NCBI GenBank assembly: GCA_963976765.1
Contig: CAXBME010000010.1
Location: 186,001-236,057 of the forward strand
DNA: 50,057 bases
From: an uncultured Planctomycetaceae bacterium
GTDB taxonomy: Bacteria; Planctomycetota; Planctomycetia; Planctomycetales; Planctomycetaceae
Direction of reading: 5' to 3'
The notes under the pieces were generated by a model, which was not told the DNA's origin, searched no databases, and saw only the letters and a list, made by a program, of their open reading frames with translations. Position 1 is the stretch's first letter; every line of letters starts with the position of its first letter. Shown piece after piece: positions 38,671 to 48,398 of the stretch. A program made the translations under genes and the position numbers.

Positions 38671-40149
38671 ATGACTGATAGTTTGTCTTTCCTCAACTAT
38701 AAAACTGAATCTTTCTACGATGAGTTCTTTGACGAGGAGGGCCAGCCAAAGAGCGAAGTAAAGATTCTGGTCGACCGAATTAACGCCCTGCCCGACTACG
38801 ACCTGCAGGCTCGGCAGGAGGCTATAGAGCGCGCACTGATGCGCATGGGTATTACATTCGCCGTCTACGGCGATCAGCAGGGCAACGAAAAAATATTTCC
38901 GTTCGACATCGTGCCCCGGATTATTTCCGCGATCGAGTGGTCTCACATCGAAGCCGGATTGAAACAGCGAATTAAGGCCCTCAACCTGTTCATCAATGAC
39001 ATTTACCACGAGCAGGAAATCCTCAACGACGGTATTGTCCCACGAGAGCTACTGGAAGGGGCAGACTCCTACCGACCGGAATGCAAGGGGCTGAAACCGC
39101 CTCGCGGAGTCTGGTGCCACATCACGGGTACAGACCTGATCCGCCACAGCGACGGAGCAATCTACGTTCTGGAAGACAACCTGCGATGCCCGTCGGGCGT
39201 GTCCTACGTGCTGCAGAATCGCCAGGTGATGAAGCGCAGCTTCCCCCAGATCTTCTCGGAAACAAAGGTGCGTCCGGTTATCGACTATCCGATCCATCTT
39301 TACTACACACTCCAGTCGCTGGCTCCGGAAACGTCCGACCCAACGATCGTGGTACTGACGCCAGGGATTTACAACTCGGCGTACTACGAGCATTCGTTCC
39401 TTGCTCAGCAGATGGGTGTCGAACTTGTCGAAGGATCCGACCTGGTAGTTCGCGATGGCTTCGTCTTTATGCGAACGACCCGCGGCTACAAAAGGGTTCA
39501 CGTTATCTATCGCCGTATCGACGACGATTTTATTGACCCGCTGTGCTTCCGTGAGGATTCAGCACTGGGCGTTCCGGGGCTGATGGATGCGTATCGAAAC
39601 GGACGAGTCGCTCTGGCCAATGCTCCAGGCACCGGCGTTGCCGACGACAAGGTGATCTACGCTTACGTTCCAGAGATGATCCGTTACTACCTTGATGAAG
39701 AACCGATCCTGCCGAATGTGCAGACGTATGTCTGTCAGCGTGATGACGATCGGAAATACGTTCTGGAAAACATCGGCGATCTGGTGGTCAAAGCGGCGAA
39801 TGAATCCGGAGGGTACGGCATGATCGTCGGACCTCACTCGACGAAGACCGAACAGGCCGAATTCGCGGAACGGATCAGGAAGAATCCGCGTAACTACATC
39901 GCTCAGCCAACGCTTTCGCTCTCGCGAGTGCCGACCGTTGTTGACGACCACTTCGAAGGCCGACACGTCGACCTCAGACCATACATTCTTTACGGCGAGG
40001 ATATGTGGGTTCTGCCTGGCGGATTAACTCGTGTTGCCCTGAAGAAGGGCTCTCTCGTGGTGAACTCATCGCAGGGTGGCGGCAGTAAAGACACCTGGGT
40101 GATTGCCAGCGACGATTCCCAGCTTCAATCACAGACACAGTCGGAATAG
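38671..40149 (+). CDS. Circularly permuted ATP-grasp type 2 protein
   Basis: 'GITFAVYG', '[13 protein letters not shown]', '[14 protein letters not shown]', 'GTGVADDK', '[13 protein letters not shown]', 'RHVDLRP', '[15 protein letters not shown]'. Confidence 0.95.
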   Translation: MTDSLSFLNYKTESFYDEFFDEEGQPKSEVKILVDRINALPDYDLQARQEAIERALMRMGITFAVYGDQQGNEKIFPFDIVPRIISAIEWSHIEAGLKQRIKALNLFINDIYHEQEILNDGIVPRELLEGADSYRPECKGLKPPRGVWCHITGTDLIRHSDGAIYVLEDNLRCPSGVSYVLQNRQVMKRSFPQIFSETKVRPVIDYPIHLYYTLQSLAPETSDPTIVVLTPGIYNSAYYEHSFLAQQMGVELVEGSDLVVRDGFVFMRTTRGYKRVHVIYRRIDDDFIDPLCFREDSALGVPGLMDAYRNGRVALANAPGTGVADDKVIYAYVPEMIRYYLDEEPILPNVQTYVCQRDDDRKYVLENIGDLVVKAANESGGYGMIVGPHSTKTEQAEFAERIRKNPRNYIAQPTLSLSRVPTVVDDHFEGRHVDLRPYILYGEDMWVLPGGLTRVALKKGSLVVNSSQGGGSKDTWVIASDDSQLQSQTQSE

Positions 40150-40238
40150 GCGATTCTGGGACTGTTCCGTTTTTCATCGAACAATTCGTTCATAGCGACG
40201 ACCGCCTTTCCTTCTGAGTCGTCGAATCGGAGACAATC

Positions 40239-41192
40239 ATGCTAAGCCGCGTTGCGGATTCAATTTTCTGGATGGCTCGCTACGTTGAACGCGCCGAAAA
40301 CCTGGCTCGCTTTATCGACGTGACGCTCAACCTTCAGATTGACATTCCAGGTTCAAGACACACTCAATGGGAACCACTCGTTCACGCCACCGGCGATGAA
40401 GAGGATTTCAAAGACCGTTATGGCGAATTCACCGAAAAGAACGTCATCAATTTTTTGACGTTCGATCGTGAAAATCCGAATTCCATCGTCGCCATTCTTC
40501 GAGCAGCCCGGGAGAATGCCCGGTCGATCCGTGAGACCATTTCGTCAGAAACCTGGGAGCAGCTCAACTCGTTCTACCATTTCGTACGAGATGCCGCCGA
40601 TTCTGAAGAAGTTCAGAATTCGCCCGGCGACTTTTTTCTGGAAGTGAAGCATTACAGCCATCTGCTCAACGGTGTCACCGACGCAACAATGTCGCATAAC
40701 GAAGGCTGGCACTTTTCAAACATGGGCCGACTGCTTGAACGAGCCGACAAAACATCACGAATCCTTGACGTCAAATACTTCACCCTGCTGCCACGACTTG
40801 AAGACGTCGGCAGTCCGGTTGACGACCTGCAATGGTCAGCAGTGCTGCGTTCGGTCAGCGGCTTCGAGATGTACCGCAAGCGCTATCACGGAATCACGGT
40901 CGAACGGATCGTTGAATTCCTGATTCTTGATCGTGAATTTCCGCGAGCCATCCGGTTTTGCCTCGACGAAGCAGACAACTCACTGCACGCCATCTCGGGC
41001 TCCGCACCGGGAAATTTCGTCAACCTGGCAGAGCAGCGGCTGGGCCGGCTTCGCGCGGAACTGGCGTTCTGCGACGTTAAAAGCATCATTAACCAGGGGC
41101 TGCATGAATTCGTCGATTCACTGCAAACTCAACTGAACCTGATTGGCGAGGGCATCAGCGAAACCTTTATCGACCCGAAACCTGTTGCGTAG
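40239..41192 (+). CDS. Alpha-E domain protein (DUF403)
   Basis: 'MLSRVADSIFWMARYVERAENLAR', 'ARENARSIRE', 'GRLLERADKTSRILDVKY', 'FPRAIRF'. Confidence 0.95.
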   Translation: MLSRVADSIFWMARYVERAENLARFIDVTLNLQIDIPGSRHTQWEPLVHATGDEEDFKDRYGEFTEKNVINFLTFDRENPNSIVAILRAARENARSIRETISSETWEQLNSFYHFVRDAADSEEVQNSPGDFFLEVKHYSHLLNGVTDATMSHNEGWHFSNMGRLLERADKTSRILDVKYFTLLPRLEDVGSPVDDLQWSAVLRSVSGFEMYRKRYHGITVERIVEFLILDREFPRAIRFCLDEADNSLHAISGSAPGNFVNLAEQRLGRLRAELAFCDVKSIINQGLHEFVDSLQTQLNLIGEGISETFIDPKPVA

Positions 41193-41253
41193 CCCTGATT
41201 TCCTGCCCCCAGACCTTTGAACTTTGTCCGCTTAAACTGATCGAACAATCGGT

Positions 41254-44200
41254 ATGACTATTCGCGTCGCGCTCAACCACGTTACCCATTATCAGTATGA
41301 CCGGGTCGTTGGCATCGGCCCTCAGCTCGTCCGTCTTCGACCCGCGCCACATTGCCGAACGCCGATCAAGAGTTACTCGCTGAAGGTCACACCGACCGAC
41401 CATTACGTGAACTGGCAGCAGGATCCGCACGGAAACTTTCAGGCTCGGTTTGTATTTTCCGACAAGGCACAGGAGCTGAAAGTCGAAGTCGATCTCGTCG
41501 CCGAAATGACCGTCATCAACCCGTTCGACTTCTTCGTGGAAGAATACGCGGACAAATTCCCCTTCACTTATGAAGAGTCACTCGCTCACGAGTTGCGGCC
41601 GTTTCTCGAAACGGCTCCGATCAAGCCGAAGCTGTCGGCCCTGGTGAGTTCGATCGACCGCTCCAAGGTCAGCATTGTCGACTTTCTGGTGGCGATCAAC
41701 GGAAAGATTCAGAACCTTGTCGATTACACCGTGCGAATGGAACCCGGCGTCCAGACTCCGGAAGAAACGCTCACGCTGAAACGCGGCTCGTGTCGCGATT
41801 CCGCATGGTTGCTCGTCCAGCTTCTGCGACACCTGGGACTCGCGGCGCGTTTCGTGTCGGGTTATCTGATTCAGCTGACGCCAGACGTGAAGTCACTGGA
41901 TGGTCCTTCCGGAACTGAAGTGGACTTCACCGACCTGCATGCCTGGACCGAAGTCTTTCTGCCCGGAGCCGGCTGGGTCGGTCTTGATCCAACTTCAGGT
42001 CTGTTCGCGGGCGAAGGCCACATTCCACTGGCATGCACTCCCGAGCCGTCAACGGCAGCGCCGATCAGTGGAGCTGTTGACAAGTGCGAAGCCGAATTCG
42101 ACTTCAGCATGACCGTCACTCGAATTCATGAGGACCCGCGAGTCACAAAGCCGTACACCGATTCGCAATGGGCAGCGATTGAGCAGCTCGGACACGAGGT
42201 GGATGATCGACTCACTGCAGGCGACGTTCGACTGACCATGGGTGGTGAACCAACGTTCGTTTCGATCGACGATATGGACGGTGACGAGTGGAATTCCGCC
42301 GCCGTCGGCCCCATGAAACGTAAACTCGCCGGCGAGCTGCTGCACCGACTGCGAAAACACTTTGCTCCAGGAGGGCTGCTCCACTTTGGCCAAGGCAAGT
42401 GGTACCCTGGTGAATCGCTCCCACGCTGGGCACTGACAGTCTTCTGGCGAAAGGACGGCAAACCACTCTGGCATAACGCCGACCTGATCGCCGACGAACA
42501 GCACGACTACGGATTCGGCGCGAAGGAAGCGAAGCAGTTCAGCGCACATCTGGCAACAGTCCTGGGCGTCAAGGCCGACTGGATCGTGCCAGCGTTCGAA
42601 GACATCTACTACTACCTCTGGAAAGAGCAGCGGCTGCCGGAAAACATCGAACCGGGAGATCCGCGAATCAAAGACCCGGAAGAACGCGCACGACTGATGC
42701 GGGTCTTCGAAAAGGGATTGGGCGCCCCCACCGGGTTCATCATGCCGCTTCAGCGACAGTGGTGGCAGGCAAAGAAACGCTGGGTCAGTGGTCCCTGGCC
42801 CGTCCGTCCCGAAGCGATGTTTCTCCTGCCTGGCGACTCGCCTTTGGGACTGCGGCTGCCGCTGGATTCGCTGCCATATCTGGCGCCGTCACAGAAGCCG
42901 TTTTTCGCAGAAGCAGATCCGACGGCTCCGCATGGTGAACTGCCGACATTCACTCAACGCTCGCTTGCCGGTCATCCGGAAGCCGTTCCAATGTACGGTG
43001 TGTCCGAACAGAGTCTGAAAGAAGACTCGGGCGACGAAGATGAAGAGAAAGAAAAAAGCAAGTCGTTAGAGGAAGACGACGCTGTCGCACACAACGTCCG
43101 CACGGCGTTGTGTATCGAACCTCGCAGTGGACGACTGCACGTTTTCATGCCACCGTGCGAATCGGCCGATGACTATGTCGAACTGATTGCGGCGATCGAG
43201 CAGACCTGCTGCGAACTGAAAATGCCGATCATCGTCGAAGGCTACCTGCCACCCCATGACGACCGGCTGAATCTCATCAAAGTGACTCCGGACCCTGGTG
43301 TCATCGAAGTCAATGTTCATCCGACCGAGACATGGCCGGAACTGGTCGATCTGACAAACACGATCTACGACGAAGCCAGGCTGACGCGACTTGGTACCGA
43401 GAAGTTCGATCTCGACGGACAGCACACCGGTACCGGCGGCGGCAATCACATTGTGCTGGGTTCGTCGACGCCGCTGGACAGTCCGTTCCTCAGACGTCCG
43501 GACCTGTTGCGCAGCATGGTCGGCTACTGGAACAATCATCCGTCGCTGTCGTACCTCTTCAGCGGCAAGTTCATTGGCCCGACCTGCCAGGCACCGCGCG
43601 TCGACGAAGGCCGCTTCGATGCGATGTACGAAATGCAGATCGCGTTCGATCAGGTTCCGGACCGCGACGTCGCCACAATTCCGCCGTGGCTGGTCGATCG
43701 AATTTTCCGCAACCTGCTGGTCGACCTGACCGGCAACACGCACCGGGCCGAGTTCTGCATCGACAAGCTTTATTCTCCCGACTCATCCACCGGGCGACTG
43801 GGACTTGTGGAACTTCGCGGCTTTGAAATGCCACCTCACGCCCGCATGAGTCTCACGCAGCAGCTACTGATTCGTGCCATCGTCGCCATGTTCTGGGAAC
43901 GGCCCTGCACCGAGAAGCTGGTCGAGTGGGGCACCGTGCTGCACGACCGATTCCTGCTTCCACACTTTACATGGAACGATTTCGGCACGGTCATCAGCGA
44001 CCTGAATCGGGCCGGTTTCAACTTTGCTCACGAGTGGTTCGCGTCGCATCTCGAATTTCGGTTTCCGTTCATCGGAGAAATGTCGCGCCAGGATATTCGA
44101 CTGGAACTTCGAACGGCGATTGAACCGTGGAACGTGCTGGGTGAAGAACCCGGTGGCGGCGGGACCGTTCGCTTCGTCGATTCGTCGCTTGAGAAAATTC

Positions 44201-44601
44201 AGGTTCTGGTCCAGGGCCTGACCGGTCAGCGGCACATTGTGACCTGTAACGGTCGCCGGTTGCCGCTTAAGCCGACGGGAACGCAGGGTGAGTTCATCGC
44301 TGCCGTCCGGTTCCGAGCGTGGCAGCCACCCAACTGTCTGCACCCGACGATCCCGGTTCACTCACCTTTGGTCTTCGACATTCTGGATACCTGGAGCGAG
44401 CGCTCGATCGGCGGTTGCACATACAATGTCTCGAATCCAACCGGACGCAATTCCGCAAGCTTTCCAGTCAACTCTTACGAAGCTGAATCGCGTCGAGCCG
44501 CGCGATTCTTCGAAACCGGCCACACGCCAGGCTCAATGCCAATTCCACCTCACGAAACCAACCCGGCGTTTCCGATGACGCTGGACCTCCGGCGTGGGTA
44601 A
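41254..44601 (+). CDS. Transglutaminase-like domain + DUF2126 putative amidoligase fusion
   Basis: 'HVTHYQYDR...RLRPAPH', triad 'GSCRD'/'DLHAW'/'GLDPT', then 'LTMGGEPTFVS', 'VTPDPGVIEVN', 'GTGGGNH', 'GNTHRAEFCIDK', 'VELRGFEMPP'. Confidence 0.95.
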   Translation: MTIRVALNHVTHYQYDRVVGIGPQLVRLRPAPHCRTPIKSYSLKVTPTDHYVNWQQDPHGNFQARFVFSDKAQELKVEVDLVAEMTVINPFDFFVEEYADKFPFTYEESLAHELRPFLETAPIKPKLSALVSSIDRSKVSIVDFLVAINGKIQNLVDYTVRMEPGVQTPEETLTLKRGSCRDSAWLLVQLLRHLGLAARFVSGYLIQLTPDVKSLDGPSGTEVDFTDLHAWTEVFLPGAGWVGLDPTSGLFAGEGHIPLACTPEPSTAAPISGAVDKCEAEFDFSMTVTRIHEDPRVTKPYTDSQWAAIEQLGHEVDDRLTAGDVRLTMGGEPTFVSIDDMDGDEWNSAAVGPMKRKLAGELLHRLRKHFAPGGLLHFGQGKWYPGESLPRWALTVFWRKDGKPLWHNADLIADEQHDYGFGAKEAKQFSAHLATVLGVKADWIVPAFEDIYYYLWKEQRLPENIEPGDPRIKDPEERARLMRVFEKGLGAPTGFIMPLQRQWWQAKKRWVSGPWPVRPEAMFLLPGDSPLGLRLPLDSLPYLAPSQKPFFAEADPTAPHGELPTFTQRSLAGHPEAVPMYGVSEQSLKEDSGDEDEEKEKSKSLEEDDAVAHNVRTALCIEPRSGRLHVFMPPCESADDYVELIAAIEQTCCELKMPIIVEGYLPPHDDRLNLIKVTPDPGVIEVNVHPTETWPELVDLTNTIYDEARLTRLGTEKFDLDGQHTGTGGGNHIVLGSSTPLDSPFLRRPDLLRSMVGYWNNHPSLSYLFSGKFIGPTCQAPRVDEGRFDAMYEMQIAFDQVPDRDVATIPPWLVDRIFRNLLVDLTGNTHRAEFCIDKLYSPDSSTGRLGLVELRGFEMPPHARMSLTQQLLIRAIVAMFWERPCTEKLVEWGTVLHDRFLLPHFTWNDFGTVISDLNRAGFNFAHEWFASHLEFRFPFIGEMSRQDIRLELRTAIEPWNVLGEEPGGGGTVRFVDSSLEKIQVLVQGLTGQRHIVTCNGRRLPLKPTGTQGEFIAAVRFRAWQPPNCLHPTIPVHSPLVFDILDTWSERSIGGCTYNVSNPTGRNSASFPVNSYEAESRRAARFFETGHTPGSMPIPPHETNPAFPMTLDLRRG

Positions 44602-44654
44602 CGAACGCGTCGGGGTTGGGTTACCAGAACCGCTATGCTTAACACATAGCCGCT

Positions 44655-45539
44655 CTATTCTCCAACCGGCTCAACATCGACGGAGACGTTCAGCGTGTGC
44701 TGGCCTCCGCCGGTGAACACGCCACGGATCGGGGCTACGTCTGAGTAGTCGCGCCCCCAGGCAATGGGGATGTGGTCCGTGCCGCAGACTTTATCGTTGG
44801 TCGGGTCGAGGTCGATCCAGCCGGCCTCGCCGCACCACACCGCGAACCAGGCGTGGGACGCATCGGCTCCGACGAGCCTCGGCTTTCCTTCCGGCGGAAT
44901 CGTTCTCAGATAACCGCTGACATAGCGAGCTGGCAGGCCCAGCGATCTCAGACAACTGATCGCCACATGAGCAAAGTCCTGGCAAACACCATGCTTCTGC
45001 GCCAGTGATTCGCTCGGACGAGTAACGACCGTGGTGGCCCGCGGGTCGTACTTGAACTCGCGGAAGATCTTCGACATCAGCGCGGTGGCCCCGACAAGAA
45101 TCCGTTGCCCGGCAGGAAAACAGTCGGCGGCATACTCGCGAAAAACCTCGTCATGAGAGGCGAGTGACGAGTCAAACAGGAACTCTGTCACATCAAACCA
45201 GTCATTGATGGTCTGACTGCGAACTCCGGTGGCAACATCTTCCCATTTCAAGGTCTGCTCGGGCGGAGGAATTGTTTGAGGCAACACAGTAACTCGGCTG
45301 GTGGCGGCCAGCAGAAGCCTGCGGTGACTTTCGTCGAGCGTAAACGACTGCACGATATTTCCGAACCAGTCCTTGCGTTTCGCGACGTTGCCAGGCATCG
45401 GACGAATCAACAGGCGATGAGAAGTACAGCGAGTGTAAGGCGTCTCGCGAGGGGTCAGTCGCAGATGGTTATGGCACACCGGCACCGGATCGGAATACTG
45501 GTACTCTGTAGAATGAACGATGCGGTATTTCAAAATCAT
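44655..45539 (-). CDS. Transglutaminase-like protein
   Basis: 'YRIVHSTEYQY', 'GVCQDFAH', 'ARYVSGYL', 'ASHAW', 'GWIDLDPTN', 'GRDYSDVAP'. Confidence 0.95.
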   Translation of the reverse strand: MILKYRIVHSTEYQYSDPVPVCHNHLRLTPRETPYTRCTSHRLLIRPMPGNVAKRKDWFGNIVQSFTLDESHRRLLLAATSRVTVLPQTIPPPEQTLKWEDVATGVRSQTINDWFDVTEFLFDSSLASHDEVFREYAADCFPAGQRILVGATALMSKIFREFKYDPRATTVVTRPSESLAQKHGVCQDFAHVAISCLRSLGLPARYVSGYLRTIPPEGKPRLVGADASHAWFAVWCGEAGWIDLDPTNDKVCGTDHIPIAWGRDYSDVAPIRGVFTGGGQHTLNVSVDVEPVGE

Positions 45540-45548
45540 CTTCTCTGT

Positions 45549-48092
45549 CTAAATGGATTCACGGTCAAACTGTCGAGGCAGTCCGGCATGGATGAGGTAT
45601 CGCTGGCTGATCGCGGTGGACAGTTTCGGAATCTGGTCGAGCAGTCGTTGCATAAGTCGGTCAAGCGATCGCCGCTGACCATCGTCCGCGTGTGCCAGAT
45701 CGCGCGGTTCAGACAGTCTGACTGAATTGTGCAGCGACATGGCCAACCGCTCGTCCTGCCCGAGAACAGCCTGCCCGGCCGATGGCAATCTGCCAACGTG
45801 GTCCTGGATTCGGTTCAGCTGAAAGACGAGCGATCGTGGATTCGTATCGTCCGTAACCAGCAGATCGATCGCTGCTTCCGCCTGAAGCGTCGACAGGTAC
45901 CGGCCCCGGTAGGTCATAATGCTGTCGCAGGATTCAAGGACTACTTCAAGCACCATCGGTTCCGGAACGGAAACGTCTACGAGTGTTGATTGCAGAATCG
46001 TCGCTGTGTGCCAGACACGTTCAATCTGACGACCAAGTTCCAGAAAACGCCAGACCTGAGTTCGAGTCATACTTTCACTTGAAAGTCCGCTGAACTGTGC
46101 CGTGGCGTCGATGACTCGCTGAACAAGTTGCAGAAGGATCGTTGAGTCAATCTTCGACTGCCTTGCCGCCGATGGGTTCCATTCATCGCGAAGCTGGTGG
46201 AGCGTTTGCCAGGCATCAGTAGACAACCGGTCGCGCACGGAATTAACCAGCCGGGAGACACCATCCATCGTCGATTTCAGACTCAGTGTTTCCTGAGGAT
46301 TAAAGACCGAAACGGGAAGACTTTCTTCAAAATTCGGCAACCCGTTTTTCAACCCGTCGACAGCGAGTCCTGGTTCAAGCTGCCCGAGCGCGGCAAGTGC
46401 ACGAACCATCACAATATGCACGCCGTCAGACTCGTCATCCTCATTTGTCATTTCATGCTTCAGAAGAACCCGCAGGCTGCGCGCTGCCCCATCTGCACGT
46501 TCGATCATTCGCCCCAGCCAGAAAAGGTTTTCTGCATCGCGACTCGGAAGATCGTTGCCACTTCTCTTCAACACGAGAGGCACATTGGACGAACGCAGAA
46601 GAGAAATCGATTCTTCCGGGCCGTCGCTTTCGATCCAGACATCCTGAGCCCGTTCACCGGTGGCCATCGAACGGTCCAGTGCCAGTCGATCCGGAGAGGA
46701 GCGAGCCAGCCCGCCAGGCAGTGTCTGGAACGAGTCGCCATCGGCGGTGACAAAGAAGCGGAACGCCGAATGCCAGGGTTCAATCTTCGAACCCAACCAG
46801 ACTGGAACTGTCGAACGAACAATTCGCTCTTGTGCGACAAAGTCGAATGGTCGCGTCTTCAAGCGGTGAATCAGCTCTTCCCGAGCAGTCGGAGTCAGTA
46901 GCGCCGCCTCGATTGGAGGAGCACTGTTGACGATGTACGCCGAACGGACGACCAGTTTGTCAAGATTGCTCAGGACGTAGGTCAACGCGGAAGGCTGACC
47001 ACACCACCACGTCGCCGCTGAAGGCAGGCGGATTTCTTCGCCCAGCAGCAGGCGACACGCTGCCGGCAGGAACGGGACAAGAGCCGGCGTCTCGGCCAGG
47101 CGGCTACCAAGCGCGTTGGCAACCACCACTTCGTCGTTACGGACAACGTCAACGAGTCCACTGACACCGGTCAGAGATCCGGCCTTCAGCTCGACCGGGT
47201 CGCAGTCGTCGTCACTGACGCGGCGAAGAATGACTTCAACAGGCAGCAGACCTCCGAGCGTTTTCAACATGACTCGACCGTTACGAGTCGCCAGATCGCC
47301 GCCCTCGGCCAGTGTGTAACCCAGATATTTCGCCAGATAGACGTCTTCGAAATAGGTTGGCGAATCGGCTCCGCGAGAAAGCACGACGGTGCGAGGATTC
47401 TCGCGATAACGCGGCGCCATGTCGCGAAGTGTTTCTCGCAGCCGCATGAAGAATGGAGCGAGTCGGCGAGGGCGAGCTGTGCGAAAAATACCAGGCAGCA
47501 CTCGGGAAGTCACGATGCGGTTTTCGAGAATGAACCCTAATCCGGACGGAGCACGCACCCGGTCACCTGTCACCCACCAGCGTCCATCCGGTGATCTGGC
47601 CAGGTCGGCCGCGTAGATCGTTATGCGGCGACGATTAGACGGTTGAAGACTGTGGTAAGCACGATGGAACCCTGGATGTGCCAGCAGAATTTCCGCTGGG
47701 ATCACCTTTTCACGAAGTAAACGTTGCGGTCCCAGCAGGTCGTCAAGGATCGCTTCCAGCAGCGTCGCTCGCTGGATCAGACCTCTGTCGAGTACCTGAA
47801 AGTCAGCTTGCGACATCATGGCAGGGAGGATATCCAGGTTCCACGGTCGCGATGATTCGCCCGTTTCGTCGAACGAGTTGAACGTGACGCCGTTGTCTCG
47901 GATGAGTTTTTCTGCCTGGCGATACCGTCGATCCAGTTCGCCGCTGTTGAGCAGGCTCAGTTCGTCAAGCATCGGTTGACAGTGGGCACGGCATTGTCCG
48001 GTCGCCACAAACATTTCGTCATACACACCAGGTACTGGTGCATACGACTGAAACGATCCCGTTGGAGTAGCTGGCACAGCAGTTTCGGTCAT
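45549..48092 (-). CDS. Circularly permuted ATP-grasp + alpha-E fusion protein
   Basis: 'YDEM', 'NGVTFN', 'APSGLGFILENR', 'DPVEL', 'PGGLAR', then alpha-E 'AENLFWLGRMIERA', 'LGRQIER', 'TYRGRY', 'NPRSL'; start 48092 or 48116. Confidence 0.92.
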   Translation of the reverse strand: MTETAVPATPTGSFQSYAPVPGVYDEMFVATGQCRAHCQPMLDELSLLNSGELDRRYRQAEKLIRDNGVTFNSFDETGESSRPWNLDILPAMMSQADFQVLDRGLIQRATLLEAILDDLLGPQRLLREKVIPAEILLAHPGFHRAYHSLQPSNRRRITIYAADLARSPDGRWWVTGDRVRAPSGLGFILENRIVTSRVLPGIFRTARPRRLAPFFMRLRETLRDMAPRYRENPRTVVLSRGADSPTYFEDVYLAKYLGYTLAEGGDLATRNGRVMLKTLGGLLPVEVILRRVSDDDCDPVELKAGSLTGVSGLVDVVRNDEVVVANALGSRLAETPALVPFLPAACRLLLGEEIRLPSAATWWCGQPSALTYVLSNLDKLVVRSAYIVNSAPPIEAALLTPTAREELIHRLKTRPFDFVAQERIVRSTVPVWLGSKIEPWHSAFRFFVTADGDSFQTLPGGLARSSPDRLALDRSMATGERAQDVWIESDGPEESISLLRSSNVPLVLKRSGNDLPSRDAENLFWLGRMIERADGAARSLRVLLKHEMTNEDDESDGVHIVMVRALAALGQLEPGLAVDGLKNGLPNFEESLPVSVFNPQETLSLKSTMDGVSRLVNSVRDRLSTDAWQTLHQLRDEWNPSAARQSKIDSTILLQLVQRVIDATAQFSGLSSESMTRTQVWRFLELGRQIERVWHTATILQSTLVDVSVPEPMVLEVVLESCDSIMTYRGRYLSTLQAEAAIDLLVTDDTNPRSLVFQLNRIQDHVGRLPSAGQAVLGQDERLAMSLHNSVRLSEPRDLAHADDGQRRSLDRLMQRLLDQIPKLSTAISQRYLIHAGLPRQFDRESI

Positions 48093-48398
48093 GCAACTTC
48101 CAGATGGCTCATTCATCCGCGAAACTGTTTTCGCGGCGTGGACACTTACTTTTGACAAACAACGCCTGACCATCCTACGGCCATGCAGGACTTTGGAACA
48201 GGTTCGAAATAACTTCGGTGTTTCGACGTGAATTCATAACCTTAAGCATCAGCGAGGAAGCAAATATCCAATGCCCCTCTCACGCTTCGGGGTTGTGATG
48301 TCGTGCCAAATCCGAAAGTTATTTGGCCCCATGCCTTAATGGCAACAAGCAATCGCGTCATTGAATCAGTCAGAATGTAAGCCGCAACCATTCGATTC

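Noticed and set aside
40156..40175. ctgggactgttccgttttt REP-like fragment
   Set aside because: Single imperfect copy; no second copy seen in the window.
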